Source: a virus. From it: DNA of 64,000 nt. Numbering within the stretch: the first letter of the stretch is position 1; the number at the start of each line of letters is the position of its first letter. The notes below the pieces were generated by a model. That model had not been told where the DNA came from. It worked only from the letters and a program-made list of their open reading frames with translations, and did not search any database. A program made the translations under genes and the position numbers. Location of the stretch: IMG/VR virus record IMGVR_UViG_3300042301_003932, one strand, 5' to 3'. Below, in pieces: positions 9,539 through 20,200 of this stretch.

Positions 9539-10657
9539 ATGAATACTGCAATTATCACCGAACCGGACAGAAGTAAACTTTATAAAAGAATTAGAAATCT
9601 TTTAGGAGCACCTTTACGTAGTGTAGAGTTGGAAGACGAAATGATGGATTCGTTATTGGAACTATCAATTCAGGATTATGCTCAACATGTAAATGATTGG
9701 TTGATTGAATCTCAGTGGTCGTCTTTATATGGTTTAAACTTGGATGAACAATCTGTGACAAGAGCGTTCACAACTAGAAGTTTAGATTGGGAAACACAAT
9801 ACACATATTCGTATTCAAAAATTGTTGGATTACAAGCGGGAGGAGATTATGTTTTGAAAAAAGATTATATAGATTTAATTCCAAACCAACAAATATATGA
9901 AATACCCGCAGGAAGAGAATTAAATGAATTACTTTGGTTTACAAGATCTGAATTGGATGCAGCATATTTTGATCCGTTTATGGGTGGATTTGGTGGATTT
10001 GGTGGTATTGGTTTAGGTGGTGGTGCCGGATTTTCTCAAATGGGGACAACAGGAAATTATTTTATAACACCAGCATTTGATATTCTTTTAAGAATGCAAG
10101 ATATAAGTATGAAAAGAAGAATCATATCAGGGGAATTAACATATAGAGTAACCGCATTACCTGAAGGTAAAAAGGCGATACACTTAATGAATGTTCCTGG
10201 TGGTAAATTTGATTTTGGGAATATAAAGTATCAGAAATATAAAGTTTGGTATTGGTATTATGAAACAAACGATAGAGAAGATTGTTTGAAAAAAAATCCA
10301 GATATTGTAAAATTACCTTCAGATGTTCCAATTGATGAAATGAGGTGGGATGAATTAAATTCACCCGCACAGACATGGGTTAGAAGATGGTTTACTGCTT
10401 ATTGTAAAGAAACTTTAGCAAAAGTTAGAGGTAAGTATAGTGGTAACTTAAAAACGCCGGATAGTGAAGTAACTTTAGAGTGGCAAAGTTTAAACACTGA
10501 AGCTAAAGACGAAAAAACTATTTTGTGGGAAGAACTTAAAACTAGATTAGAAAGACTTAGACCTGAAAAACAATGGGAGATAAAAGGAGCTATGGCTGAA
10601 AATATGAATAAAGCGTTAAAATATAGACCATTTACAAGCCCATATAATGTTATATAA
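9539..10657 (+). CDS. Neck protein (gp13-like head-tail adaptor)
   Basis: IRNLLGAPLRSVEL at the N terminus; WVRRWFTAYCKETL..VRGKY and VTL near the C terminus, as in gp13-family proteins. Confidence 0.75.
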   Translation: MNTAIITEPDRSKLYKRIRNLLGAPLRSVELEDEMMDSLLELSIQDYAQHVNDWLIESQWSSLYGLNLDEQSVTRAFTTRSLDWETQYTYSYSKIVGLQAGGDYVLKKDYIDLIPNQQIYEIPAGRELNELLWFTRSELDAAYFDPFMGGFGGFGGIGLGGGAGFSQMGTTGNYFITPAFDILLRMQDISMKRRIISGELTYRVTALPEGKKAIHLMNVPGGKFDFGNIKYQKYKVWYWYYETNDREDCLKKNPDIVKLPSDVPIDEMRWDELNSPAQTWVRRWFTAYCKETLAKVRGKYSGNLKTPDSEVTLEWQSLNTEAKDEKTILWEELKTRLERLRPEKQWEIKGAMAENMNKALKYRPFTSPYNVI

Positions 10658-10663
10658 TTTTTT

Positions 10664-10996
10664 ATGGCAGTTTTTAGATCCGTATCATCACAAAGAATAA
10701 TCAATGGTAATTTAATTGAAACTTCAGATTCTGCAATAGTCTCAAACCCATCATACGAAGTAAATGGGGAGTACGTAATAATTACAAAAGGGATTCAAGA
10801 TTGTGTTGTTATATTAAATGAAAACACAAGTGACCATGTAGTTATAAAGTCATTGACAAATACGTTAGTAAAATCAAGTAAATTAATAGACGATGAATTT
10901 AACGAGATTGAATTAGGTAAAGGTTCTTGTGTTGAATTTAAATACGTTAATGGTGGTTGGTACATACTCTCTTCTGACGGACTAAAGGGGTCTTAG
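10664..10996 (+). CDS. Small beta-rich protein, probably structural
   Basis: Follows the neck gene. C-terminal CVEFKYVNGGWYIL resembles fibre knob domains. Confidence 0.5.
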   Translation: MAVFRSVSSQRIINGNLIETSDSAIVSNPSYEVNGEYVIITKGIQDCVVILNENTSDHVVIKSLTNTLVKSSKLIDDEFNEIELGKGSCVEFKYVNGGWYILSSDGLKGS

Positions 10997-13893
10997 TCAA
11001 AAACTAAAGACATTAAATCCCCGTCTTCATCAAATTCATATATCTCCTCATCATCAACCTTACTTTTAGACACTCTAGTTTTCATTAACTCCATATTACT
11101 ATTAACATAATCAGTATTAACTAAATTAATTGTGTCGTCAATATACATATAATAAGGGTTAATACCTGTTGATTGCCAAAATGATATTTCCATATCAGAT
11201 AATGTTAAAACCTCATCTAAATTATCTTGATCTTTTTCTTTCATTGGGTAACCTCTACCTAATTCAGTTTGTGATTTGGTAAAAATTGGTTGGTCTTTTG
11301 GATCCTCAATTAAAATGTCTTTTCTAATATCAGGACTATAAACAACAAGTAATGGTTCAATTCTTTTATTAAACGCCGCCAAATATCTTGGAACGTTGTA
11401 CTCACCTAATAAGTCGGGGTTATTTTCAATTTCCTTTTCATCAATTAAATAACAATTTAAAATAACCTCACTTTTAGATAACATTTCAGGTGGTATTGAT
11501 CCATGAATTTTTGTATAATCCTCTATTTGTTTTTTAGTCATTTTTGTAGTTTTTTTCTGAACATCACCATGTGACTTTTTTTCACCATTATTAACATAAT
11601 ATATTGTGTCACCTAAACCTGGTTTTTTTCCTGCGTTCATTAAAAGTTCCATATGTGCCTGTCTCGACATTAAACTTCCCGCCTTTGTTGTTTTTGTAAT
11701 ATGTACTTTATAATCATCTATTGATTGTTTAACACGAGACTTGTTTGCAATCTTCGCCAATGGTATTTCTCTATTATAAATTTTACTTACGTACTCATAA
11801 TAGAAATCTAAAAACTCACCACCCTTACCATCAAGTAACATTCTAAGACCTTTATCCAAAAATTCAGCAACGTATGTTTGAAGTTTTTTAGATTTAATTG
11901 AGTTACCTGTAAGTTTAACTTTACCCTTATCTGTAAGAAGTGCGTAGTTTTTACGAGCCACGTTAATTGTTGCTGGCCATACACCATCAATATCAAGACC
12001 CATTTCATTTCTCATAAATAAGTCATTGTATTCTGCAACATCGGCCTCTGCACCAACATAAACCTCACCCTCATTCACTAATCCGTTAAGGCCTTTACCC
12101 ACATATGTATAATTTTCTCTATCAACAGGAGTTTCAAAGTTTACACCATCGGTATCCATTACCAAAGGAACGTAACCCCGTTTCATAAAATACATAATCA
12201 TCTGTCTAAGGTACTGTCTACCGGTACACGTAATTTGTTCTCCCATGTCGATGTCACCCCACGGGAATACGTGTGGTGCAGATAGTGATCCAAAGAATGC
12301 GTTGATAAAGATTTTGATTGGTAACTGTTTTCTGTCGTATGAGACAGAAAGTTTCGGATCCGTTTTTTTAAATTCACTTGCTAAGTTTTTATATTTTATA
12401 CGAGTATCTCTAAAGTACTTTAACATACTCTTCATCGCTCCTGTTACATCACAAGTGGGGAATACGTCGTGAACTAACTGAATAGAGGGGTATAGTGATG
12501 AGTAGTCAAGTTTTAATACCTTTCTTGAATAACCAACCTGAACTAACCTTGAAAGTCCACCCGTAAACTTTCTTTTCTCTTTTTTCTTAGGTAAAGCCAA
12601 ATTGTTTTTATATGACCATGCACACATAATCATTTTCCATAATGTTGCGGTACCCATTGTTGAAAGTCTTTCATAAGTTGTTGGTACCAGTTTAGAAAGT
12701 AAGAAGTTTGCTTGGTTGAACTGTTCGTCAACAACCATCGTTTCATAAAGGTCATCGTCAAGGTAGTCTTCAATAATTTTTGAACCTGATGTTAGTTTAT
12801 AGACATCAGTTCTTCTTGAACAAACCTCATCTATTTTTTCATTAATACCTACTTTTTTATAATTACCATTTTCTATATTCATCCAATAGTCTTCATTGTC
12901 AAAATATATTTTACCAATTTTATCACCCTCAACATAAACACGATTTTCTTTTTCTGCCTCAATAAACTTGGTAATGTATTTCAATGACCAACTTTTAATA
13001 TCTGAGTTAATCGCTTGTGCTCTACGAACTGCATGTGCAATGTCCACAATGTTATAACCCCACATTTGAGTCTGAACATAAGGTTCCATCTCATTTGCCA
13101 ATTTTAAAATTCCGTCTTTTTGTTTTAATGAATAATCGGGATTTAAAGTTTTGGATATTTTTTTAATGTTTAGATTTAATATTTCGGCCCGTTTTAAAAT
13201 AAACGGGAAGTCAAAGAAGGCTGAGTTGTAACCACCAATAAGAGAAGGTTTTAATTCGTCAATTGTTTTGAAAAACTCAATAATCATTTGTCTTTCTTCA
13301 TCTTCATTTTGTGCCGATAATAATTTTAGAAAACCACGATTGTCTTTCATTCCAATCAAGAACATTTTACTTGTCTTGGGATCTAAACCTGTGGTCTCAA
13401 TATCAAATACAAACCTGTGGATTTCGTCATACTCATCAAAACCTTTAAATAGTCTTTTACTTTTTTGGATGAGGTATTGTTCTACCGGTGATAGTATTGT
13501 TATACAATCTGAATTATCTCTTCCCCATGGATCAAGACCACCACCTTTAAAAAAGTTTACAAGGTTTGAATATGATTTTGTTGTTTTTACCAAGAACGTC
13601 AAACCATTCTTTAATCTTTCATCCCCGTGATCTTCTAATTTTTCTATTATAATGCCGTTTTCAGACATCGCCTTTTTTTGAAAGTCTTTATTACCTTTAT
13701 AAAAGTTTTTACTTCTAAGGTCACCAACCCAAGCAAATGGAATAAATGTATCCATTCTTAAAAGTTTACCTTTAATTGGGTCTTGAATTACTTTAAATAT
13801 TTTATCTGATTTGTAATCGTATTCAATTGCGACAATGTATTTCTCGTCGTCTTCGCCATGTAAAAAGCGTTCAATTTCTTCTTGTGGAACCAT
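10993..13893 (-). CDS. Family B DNA polymerase
   Basis: Exonuclease motifs FDIETTG and GYNSAFFDFPF; polymerase motifs LDYSSLYPS, KIFINAFFG, MDTDG, RKNY. No intein. Confidence 0.97.
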   Translation of the reverse strand: MVPQEEIERFLHGEDDEKYIVAIEYDYKSDKIFKVIQDPIKGKLLRMDTFIPFAWVGDLRSKNFYKGNKDFQKKAMSENGIIIEKLEDHGDERLKNGLTFLVKTTKSYSNLVNFFKGGGLDPWGRDNSDCITILSPVEQYLIQKSKRLFKGFDEYDEIHRFVFDIETTGLDPKTSKMFLIGMKDNRGFLKLLSAQNEDEERQMIIEFFKTIDELKPSLIGGYNSAFFDFPFILKRAEILNLNIKKISKTLNPDYSLKQKDGILKLANEMEPYVQTQMWGYNIVDIAHAVRRAQAINSDIKSWSLKYITKFIEAEKENRVYVEGDKIGKIYFDNEDYWMNIENGNYKKVGINEKIDEVCSRRTDVYKLTSGSKIIEDYLDDDLYETMVVDEQFNQANFLLSKLVPTTYERLSTMGTATLWKMIMCAWSYKNNLALPKKKEKRKFTGGLSRLVQVGYSRKVLKLDYSSLYPSIQLVHDVFPTCDVTGAMKSMLKYFRDTRIKYKNLASEFKKTDPKLSVSYDRKQLPIKIFINAFFGSLSAPHVFPWGDIDMGEQITCTGRQYLRQMIMYFMKRGYVPLVMDTDGVNFETPVDRENYTYVGKGLNGLVNEGEVYVGAEADVAEYNDLFMRNEMGLDIDGVWPATINVARKNYALLTDKGKVKLTGNSIKSKKLQTYVAEFLDKGLRMLLDGKGGEFLDFYYEYVSKIYNREIPLAKIANKSRVKQSIDDYKVHITKTTKAGSLMSRQAHMELLMNAGKKPGLGDTIYYVNNGEKKSHGDVQKKTTKMTKKQIEDYTKIHGSIPPEMLSKSEVILNCYLIDEKEIENNPDLLGEYNVPRYLAAFNKRIEPLLVVYSPDIRKDILIEDPKDQPIFTKSQTELGRGYPMKEKDQDNLDEVLTLSDMEISFWQSTGINPYYMYIDDTINLVNTDYVNSNMELMKTRVSKSKVDDEEIYEFDEDGDLMSLVFD

Positions 13894-13954
13894 ATTTGTT
13901 TTTTTTAAGTTTGGTGTATTAGCTGTTACACATGGGTAACATTTACCTTCGTCT

Positions 13955-13986
13955 TAAATATAAGAGTAAACCTTACTCTTGTCAAA
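13955..13986 (-). promoter_or_regulatory. Host-type promoter for the DNA polymerase gene, with a palindromic spacer
   Basis: TTGACA-N17-TATATT, also readable as TTTG-N20-TATATTTA (Bacteroidota -33/-7 consensus, one mismatch). Palindrome AAGAGTAA-N3-TTACTCTT at 13962-13980. Confidence 0.7.
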
Positions 13987-14335
13987 TAATGTTGATATAT
14001 AAATTTTCTCTAATTGGTCCTATTAGTTCTCCGTTTGATAACTCAATTAAAAATTCTCCGATGAATCTACCTTTTTTTGAGGTGTCTTTTCCTCTCCACT
14101 TGTAGTAAATATAATATTCTCTTGGTGAGTCGGGATTTCTTCTTTCTTTTTCTGTAAGGTATGCCGGTTGCATAAATATTTTTTGAATCCCGTTATCCTC
14201 ACTCTTCATTGAGAATCGGATGTTCGCATTATCCAAAACCTCATAAAAGTTTTTCCAAGAGTCGGTTCTACCATCTCTTACGACATCCATTTTTAAAATG
14301 GGTAGATTACTATTTTGTTTTATAAAAAACTCCAT
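13982..14335 (-). CDS. BppU-N-like Ig-fold structural protein
   Basis: FFIKQNSNLPIL...IRFSM...YYKW..KDT...GRFIGEF pattern. Confidence 0.55.
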   Translation of the reverse strand: MEFFIKQNSNLPILKMDVVRDGRTDSWKNFYEVLDNANIRFSMKSEDNGIQKIFMQPAYLTEKERRNPDSPREYYIYYKWRGKDTSKKGRFIGEFLIELSNGELIGPIRENLYINII

Positions 14336-14349
14336 TTTAATTTTTATGG

Positions 14350-14631
14350 TTATTGTTTTTTAATAATTCTAGCAAATTTATTAGTACCTCTTATTGCTTG
14401 AATTTCTTGCAGTCTGATTTGAATATCTTCCTCAGTTAATTTTAAATTTCTTTTATCACTCAATCTGGTTTTTAAATCATTTTCTGAGTAATTGTTTAAA
14501 AGTTTACCTTTTTCTTCGTTATATTTAGACGGGGTCAAATGTGCTGCGTCTTTATTATTTTCTAACCAAGTATCTTCATCTGCTGATACTAAAAAGGTTT
14601 TATCTGATTTTTTTTGAATTTGTTTTATCAT
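14350..14631 (-). CDS. Hypothetical protein
   Basis: ATGA-coupled to the upstream gene. Confidence 0.6.
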   Translation of the reverse strand: MIKQIQKKSDKTFLVSADEDTWLENNKDAAHLTPSKYNEEKGKLLNNYSENDLKTRLSDKRNLKLTEEDIQIRLQEIQAIRGTNKFARIIKKQ

Positions 14632-15479
14632 GATGGTAATGGTAATGTATATAAAACGTTTATTTCTACTGGTGTGTAGTATAATTCTTCTGAAACATAA
14701 TCGCCAGGTCCGAAATCAAAAACAGTAAGAAGAACGGAGTCGTCAATTTCTGTGTCTGTTACAACTTGTGATTGAAAAAGTAAATTTGGGTTTATCACAC
14801 TTAACCCACCATTTTGATTTATATAAGTTTGGGTTGATTCTCTAGGAAATGAATTTTCAGAAGGTCCCTCATCGTTTTGTGCAAAATACACACCAGGAAT
14901 TGGTTCAGACCAACCTACATTAAACCCTAATGTGTTTTCTAATTCTGTAACAACAAAATCTCCAGATGAATTTAATTCAGTACCATTTGTCCATTCGGTA
15001 GGGATGAATCCTGTTGCAATAAAAATACAACCGTTTTGATTTATAGTACCGCTTGTAACATCAGCAATATTTGAAAAATCATCTCCGAGTACACTTGTTA
15101 TTTGATAAGTTGCGTTATCATCTCCACCAACCAGCGTAACTTCATCATCAACTAAATAATCTGAGCCTGAACTACTAACACTTACGTTAACCACTACTCC
15201 TGATGAAAATTCTACATCTAATTGTAAACCTGAACCGTTACCTCCTGTTGTGGTATAAGTAGTAACACCATCAGGATAATTTGTTCCATCATTAGTCATG
15301 TTACCATTATCAACATATCCCCCCGCATAATTAATTATCTCATACGATTCTCCAATAATTAATTTATTGTCAAAATCTAAGATTTCTGTACCACTCAACG
15401 GAGGTGTTTGTGTTAACAACGCCTTATAGGTTTTGAATGGGTATTGATTTGTTACGTATTTAATTGGTGCACTTGCCAT
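14628..15479 (-). CDS. Virion structural / fibre-associated protein
   Basis: YKALLTQT N terminus, a GGNGSG...GSDYLVDD module, and a module shared with the 17219-20995 product. Confidence 0.6.
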   Translation of the reverse strand: MASAPIKYVTNQYPFKTYKALLTQTPPLSGTEILDFDNKLIIGESYEIINYAGGYVDNGNMTNDGTNYPDGVTTYTTTGGNGSGLQLDVEFSSGVVVNVSVSSSGSDYLVDDEVTLVGGDDNATYQITSVLGDDFSNIADVTSGTINQNGCIFIATGFIPTEWTNGTELNSSGDFVVTELENTLGFNVGWSEPIPGVYFAQNDEGPSENSFPRESTQTYINQNGGLSVINPNLLFQSQVVTDTEIDDSVLLTVFDFGPGDYVSEELYYTPVEINVLYTLPLPS

Positions 15480-15525
15480 TTAATGTTTTTTTATAGTTTT
15501 TATTTTGTTTTATTTAATAAATATT

Positions 15526-16155
15526 TTATTGTTGAAAGTATTTCGCAATTCTTTTACTTAATCTAACTCTTGGATCATTTTCAGTTCTATTTAAAATCTC
15601 ATAAGGTAAAATAAAACCAAAACTCAAAAATACCCTTCTTGAATTAAATTCATTTGTCCAATGTTTATATAGTGATGCTTCAAATCCGTATAAATCGGTT
15701 TCTTCTATGTTGATTGATTCTTTATCAATAAAAAAATTATAGTCTTCTGATAATACACTTATGTTACATTTGTAATTAATATAACCATCAATTGATGCAT
15801 CATAATGGGGATTTATTTTTCCACCTTTATTCATATCAACCGATTGTAGGAAAATATTGTCTTTTGGAAAGTTAAACTCCTCAGATATTCTATCAATTAT
15901 ATTGTGAATAAATTCAGGTAAGATATCGTTTGAAACGTCAGATATTGATTGAAATTTTGTAATGTAATTTGTTAAAGGTGTTTTAGAAATATCAAACATA
16001 TAAGATTTACCATTAAGTGTTTTAGACAATTCTGTAAGGTGATGGTTACTATCATTACCATTGTGATTAACAGAATCGATCCAATTTACTATTTGGTTTA
16101 CTTCATCTTTTGTGATGAATTTTTTTATTGTCTTATATGTTTCCGTATTTTCCAA
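15526..16155 (-). CDS. 2OG-Fe(II) oxygenase
   Basis: GGKINPHYD (HxD), distal YKHW (His) and RVFLSF (2OG-binding R-x-x-x-S region). Confidence 0.8.
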   Translation of the reverse strand: MENTETYKTIKKFITKDEVNQIVNWIDSVNHNGNDSNHHLTELSKTLNGKSYMFDISKTPLTNYITKFQSISDVSNDILPEFIHNIIDRISEEFNFPKDNIFLQSVDMNKGGKINPHYDASIDGYINYKCNISVLSEDYNFFIDKESINIEETDLYGFEASLYKHWTNEFNSRRVFLSFGFILPYEILNRTENDPRVRLSKRIAKYFQQ

Positions 16156-16393
16156 TTTTTTTTAAGTTGTGTTTTTCTAAAAATTCTCTTGGGCTCATTG
16201 CCTCAATTATTGTTAATTCCGCAGAAGCCATAAGTTGTTTTGCTTTTTCTTCGGTAACTGCCATAACACATAATTTATGTGTTGCCGGTAATTCTCCTGT
16301 TGGTGATAAATCCATTTTTAATATATTATCATTTTTCATTTTTTCTCTTGCTTGTGAAACTTTACTTTCTTCACATAATATACATATTCTCAT
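16133..16393 (-). CDS. Hypothetical protein
   Basis: Overlap-coupled within the minus-strand operon. Confidence 0.6.
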   Translation of the reverse strand: MRICILCEESKVSQAREKMKNDNILKMDLSPTGELPATHKLCVMAVTEEKAKQLMASAELTIIEAMSPREFLEKHNLKKIGKYGNI

Positions 16394-17205
16394 TTTGTTT
16401 GATCTTGTGATTGTGGATTTATTCTATTTTGTATTAACAAGTTGTAGTTATCTTGTACCCCTTTTTTAAAGTCGGTAAAATTTTTGTTATTTAAAATTTC
16501 ATCTTTATTAGTATTAAAAGAAACTCTTTTTAAAACTTCTGTTGTTGTTGTTGCGCTAAAATTATTTGAGTCAACAACCATAATACCTAAAGTACCAATA
16601 CTATCACCGACTATTAAACTGGTCTCTTTACTTATCGTCACATTTTTAACATTGTTTTGATCTGAAATATAATAGGTAAAAGGTTCTAAGAAATCACCAG
16701 ACTTACTTAAAATATCTATATTATTTAAGTCGTATTTATTATTAATTAATATCTCTTGTTCAAAAGACACTGAGAATCCTCCTTGTGATTGGCATTCTAT
16801 ACAATCTTTAAATTCTGTAAGAGTAGATATTGTGGATAAATTTACGTCAGAGTTAGTGACTCCAGAAAATGTAAAACAACCCTCAATATCATCAATTGTT
16901 GCTGAATAAACACTATTAAGATTAGGTAAAGATGATTGAAGTGATTGTGGAGATATGTAATAATTGATATTATTTGAACAATTATTAAAAATTAATTTAA
17001 AATTAACACTTGATAAACAACTTAAACAACTCACAGTATTTTCTCCTGTTGTTTGCATAACCGAAAGATTAAGTGTTTCTGATTGTGCTTGAAAACAGCC
17101 AAACTCTGTCGGAAAAATGACTCCGGCTCTTAGTTGTCCTTTTTTATCTTCAGATACTCTAATATCTGAAGGGTCTATACAATTTACTGATATCCAATTT
17201 GCCAT
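16390..17205 (-). CDS. Cys-rich protein with two CxxC-ending repeats
   Basis: GCF...SCLSC and GCF...DCIEC. Same repeat type as the 55632-57440 product. Confidence 0.6.
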   Translation of the reverse strand: MANWISVNCIDPSDIRVSEDKKGQLRAGVIFPTEFGCFQAQSETLNLSVMQTTGENTVSCLSCLSSVNFKLIFNNCSNNINYYISPQSLQSSLPNLNSVYSATIDDIEGCFTFSGVTNSDVNLSTISTLTEFKDCIECQSQGGFSVSFEQEILINNKYDLNNIDILSKSGDFLEPFTYYISDQNNVKNVTISKETSLIVGDSIGTLGIMVVDSNNFSATTTTEVLKRVSFNTNKDEILNNKNFTDFKKGVQDNYNLLIQNRINPQSQDQTK

Positions 17206-17218
17206 AATTTCTTTTTTT

Positions 17219-20200
17219 TTAATCTGTTATATTTACAATATTTAATACTGATGATGAATCATAATACGATAATTTAGCACTTCCACCTTGTATGTTAAAT
17301 ATGTTTTTATCCATACTCGTATCATAAACATAAGTGGATGAACTAAAATCATTACTATTTATATTATCTGTGATATTATTTTTTTGAAAAGTTCCGTTAA
17401 TCCTATTACCATAAAAGGTATCTCTAATTACGTTATTTGTAAAATCATTACTGATTGAGTTACCTCCAACATTATTTGTTGTGTCATTTCCAAAGTAATT
17501 TCCAATTTTGTTATTTGTAAAGGTACCATCTATTACGTTTTCAGTTCCTGATCCACCATTACCAAAATAATCACCAATATCGTTATTTTCAAATGTATTA
17601 TTTATTGTATTAAACGCCATGTAATTACCGATCTTATTAGAAACAAAATCAGAACTAATTGTGTTACCCACACATACGTTTGATACATTGTTATCAACAA
17701 AGTTTGGACTTAAAAGGTTAAATATAAATTCATTACCTATTTTGTTATTGGTTGTATTTGTATCTGTTACATTAAAAAAGAAATTATCACCGATAACGTT
17801 TCCTGAAAAACCGGTATTAATTAAGTTACCACCATCAACACCCAAATAATTACCAAAATTGTTTCCAATAACATTTGATTTAAAGTCATCAAAAATTTGA
17901 TTTGTTAACCCTGGAGATCCGGTACCGTCATTTCCAAAATTATCAGCAATTGTGTTATTTTGAAAGTTTAATCCAATGGTGTTATTAATAAATAAGTTAC
18001 CGATATTATTACTGTAAAAATCATCATCTATCGTATTATCATAAAAATTATTTTTAATATTATTACTATAAAAATTTTGACCTATGATATTATTATAAAC
18101 GCTGTCACCAAAAGAATTATTTTCAAAAGTGTCACCAATAATATTTTGATAAAAACCACCCTTCCAATTATTTCTATAAACACCACCTAAAAAGTCGTTA
18201 CCAAAAGTGTAAACACCAATGTCATTGTTATAGGTGTCTCCAGAAAATTCATTTCCACCTACATAGGAATTAATATTATTTTCTTGAAAGTATCCACGAA
18301 TATAATTTCCTTTAAATTCATTAAAAATAGTATTATCCGCAAATTCACTACCGTTATTATTTTGTGTGTAGATTGAGTTCCATTCTGTTCCTTCAGGTGA
18401 AACATTTTCATCCCACGAGTTTTCCAAAACATCATTATAAATTGCTCCACCATTATTTCTTTTTATTTCAAGACGACCAGGAATAATAATATCAACCACA
18501 TTTTCATAATTTGTTTTTGTAAAATAAACTGTTGGTTCAGACGTTGGATAAACTTTTGTTCTTTCATATGAAAATCCTCCACCATTACCACCTTGCGTCC
18601 ATTGTGTAAATTTAACTCTATAATATTCATCATAAGATGTTAATTCAGTTAATTCTGAATTTGAGATCCATTCAGTAGGTGTAGTTCCTGTTGCTATAAA
18701 AATACATCCGTTTGTATTTATAACACCACTTATTACATATGCAACATTACTAAAATCGTCACTACCTTGATAATTTGTAATTTCATATGTTTCATCAATT
18801 ACTAAATCACCGCTAGTTATTGTTGTACCTGAATTACGTAAAAATCTCATTATAAGTTCCTTGCCCAAAATAACATTACCAATGTTATATCCTTCATTGC
18901 CGTATAATGAATTAAAAAATGTGTCGTAAGTTCTTCCCGTTAAATTTTCAATATTTGTATTATCCCAATTAAAATATTGAGTATCTCCTAACGTGTTTCT
19001 TTCAAAGGTATTACCAATTTGGTTGCTTTCAAAAAAATAAGAAATACCATTGTCACGAAAATAGTTACCAATTTGGTTATTTTGGAAATAATCACCAATT
19101 AATTCATTACTTTCAAAATCATTACCTATATGGTTACCATAAAAATTATACCCTATGTTTGGATTATTATAAAAATTGTTACCTATAACATTTTCATAAA
19201 AATTACCATTAAGTGTGTTACTTTCAAAATCATTACCAATTTGATTATTTGAAAAATTTTGTCTAATAGTGTTATTATTAAAATTATTTCCAATTTTATT
19301 TTCGTAAAATTCAAAATTACTTGTATTACCAGAGTCTCCGATTGTAATATTATTAAAGTTATTTAATATTTCATTACTATAAAAATTAGAATAAATAGTA
19401 TTAGTATTAAAATTATTACCAAGTGAATTATCATTAAAATCTCGGTATACCTTATTATTATAAAAATAAGAACCTACTTTGTTATCGTTAAAACTACCAT
19501 CAATTCTATTATTACTAAATTCTACAGTTATGTGATTATTTTGAAAACTGGTATTAATTAAATTTCCGTTGAAAAGGTCACCAATGTCATTATTAAAAAA
19601 CTCGTTTCCAGCAAATGTTAAAAAGTTTGCCTGAAAGTAGTTTCCAATTCTATTTTGATCAAAGTCTTGCCCATCGTTGTCCCCTAACATATTATATTGA
19701 AAATAATTACCAATTTGGTTATCTGCCATATCACAAATGATAATATTATTTCTAAAGTAATTACCAATAGTGTTTCTATCAAAATCGTTTGTGATTATGT
19801 TACGATAAAAATTATTACCAATAGATAATGCATTCATATCATCATCAAATGTATTATCATATGACTCATCACCTATAGTAATATTTAAATAAGACCCATC
19901 AAGAAATACATTATTAGATAACAAGAAGGGATTTTCCTGCCAATTATAAAGATTGGCGTAATTTCCAATTTTTACATTAAACACATCTGGAGCTTCAAAA
20001 GTTAAATATTCGGTGTAAGCGGTATTACTAATTATGTTTGTTTTATGAAAACTTCTATAATCATTAAATTGTATCCCTCTAGAATATGGTGTATTATAAT
20101 TTGATTGAATGGTATTACCAGTAACAGTCATTTCGGTTGCCCCACTAATTGTAAGGATTTCGTAGTATCTAAAACATCCTGTTGGGTTACTAAACGACCC

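Noticed and set aside
10993-13893. Intein or intron in the DNA polymerase
   Set aside because: The motifs are continuous with normal spacing. No splice-junction or LAGLIDADG motifs.
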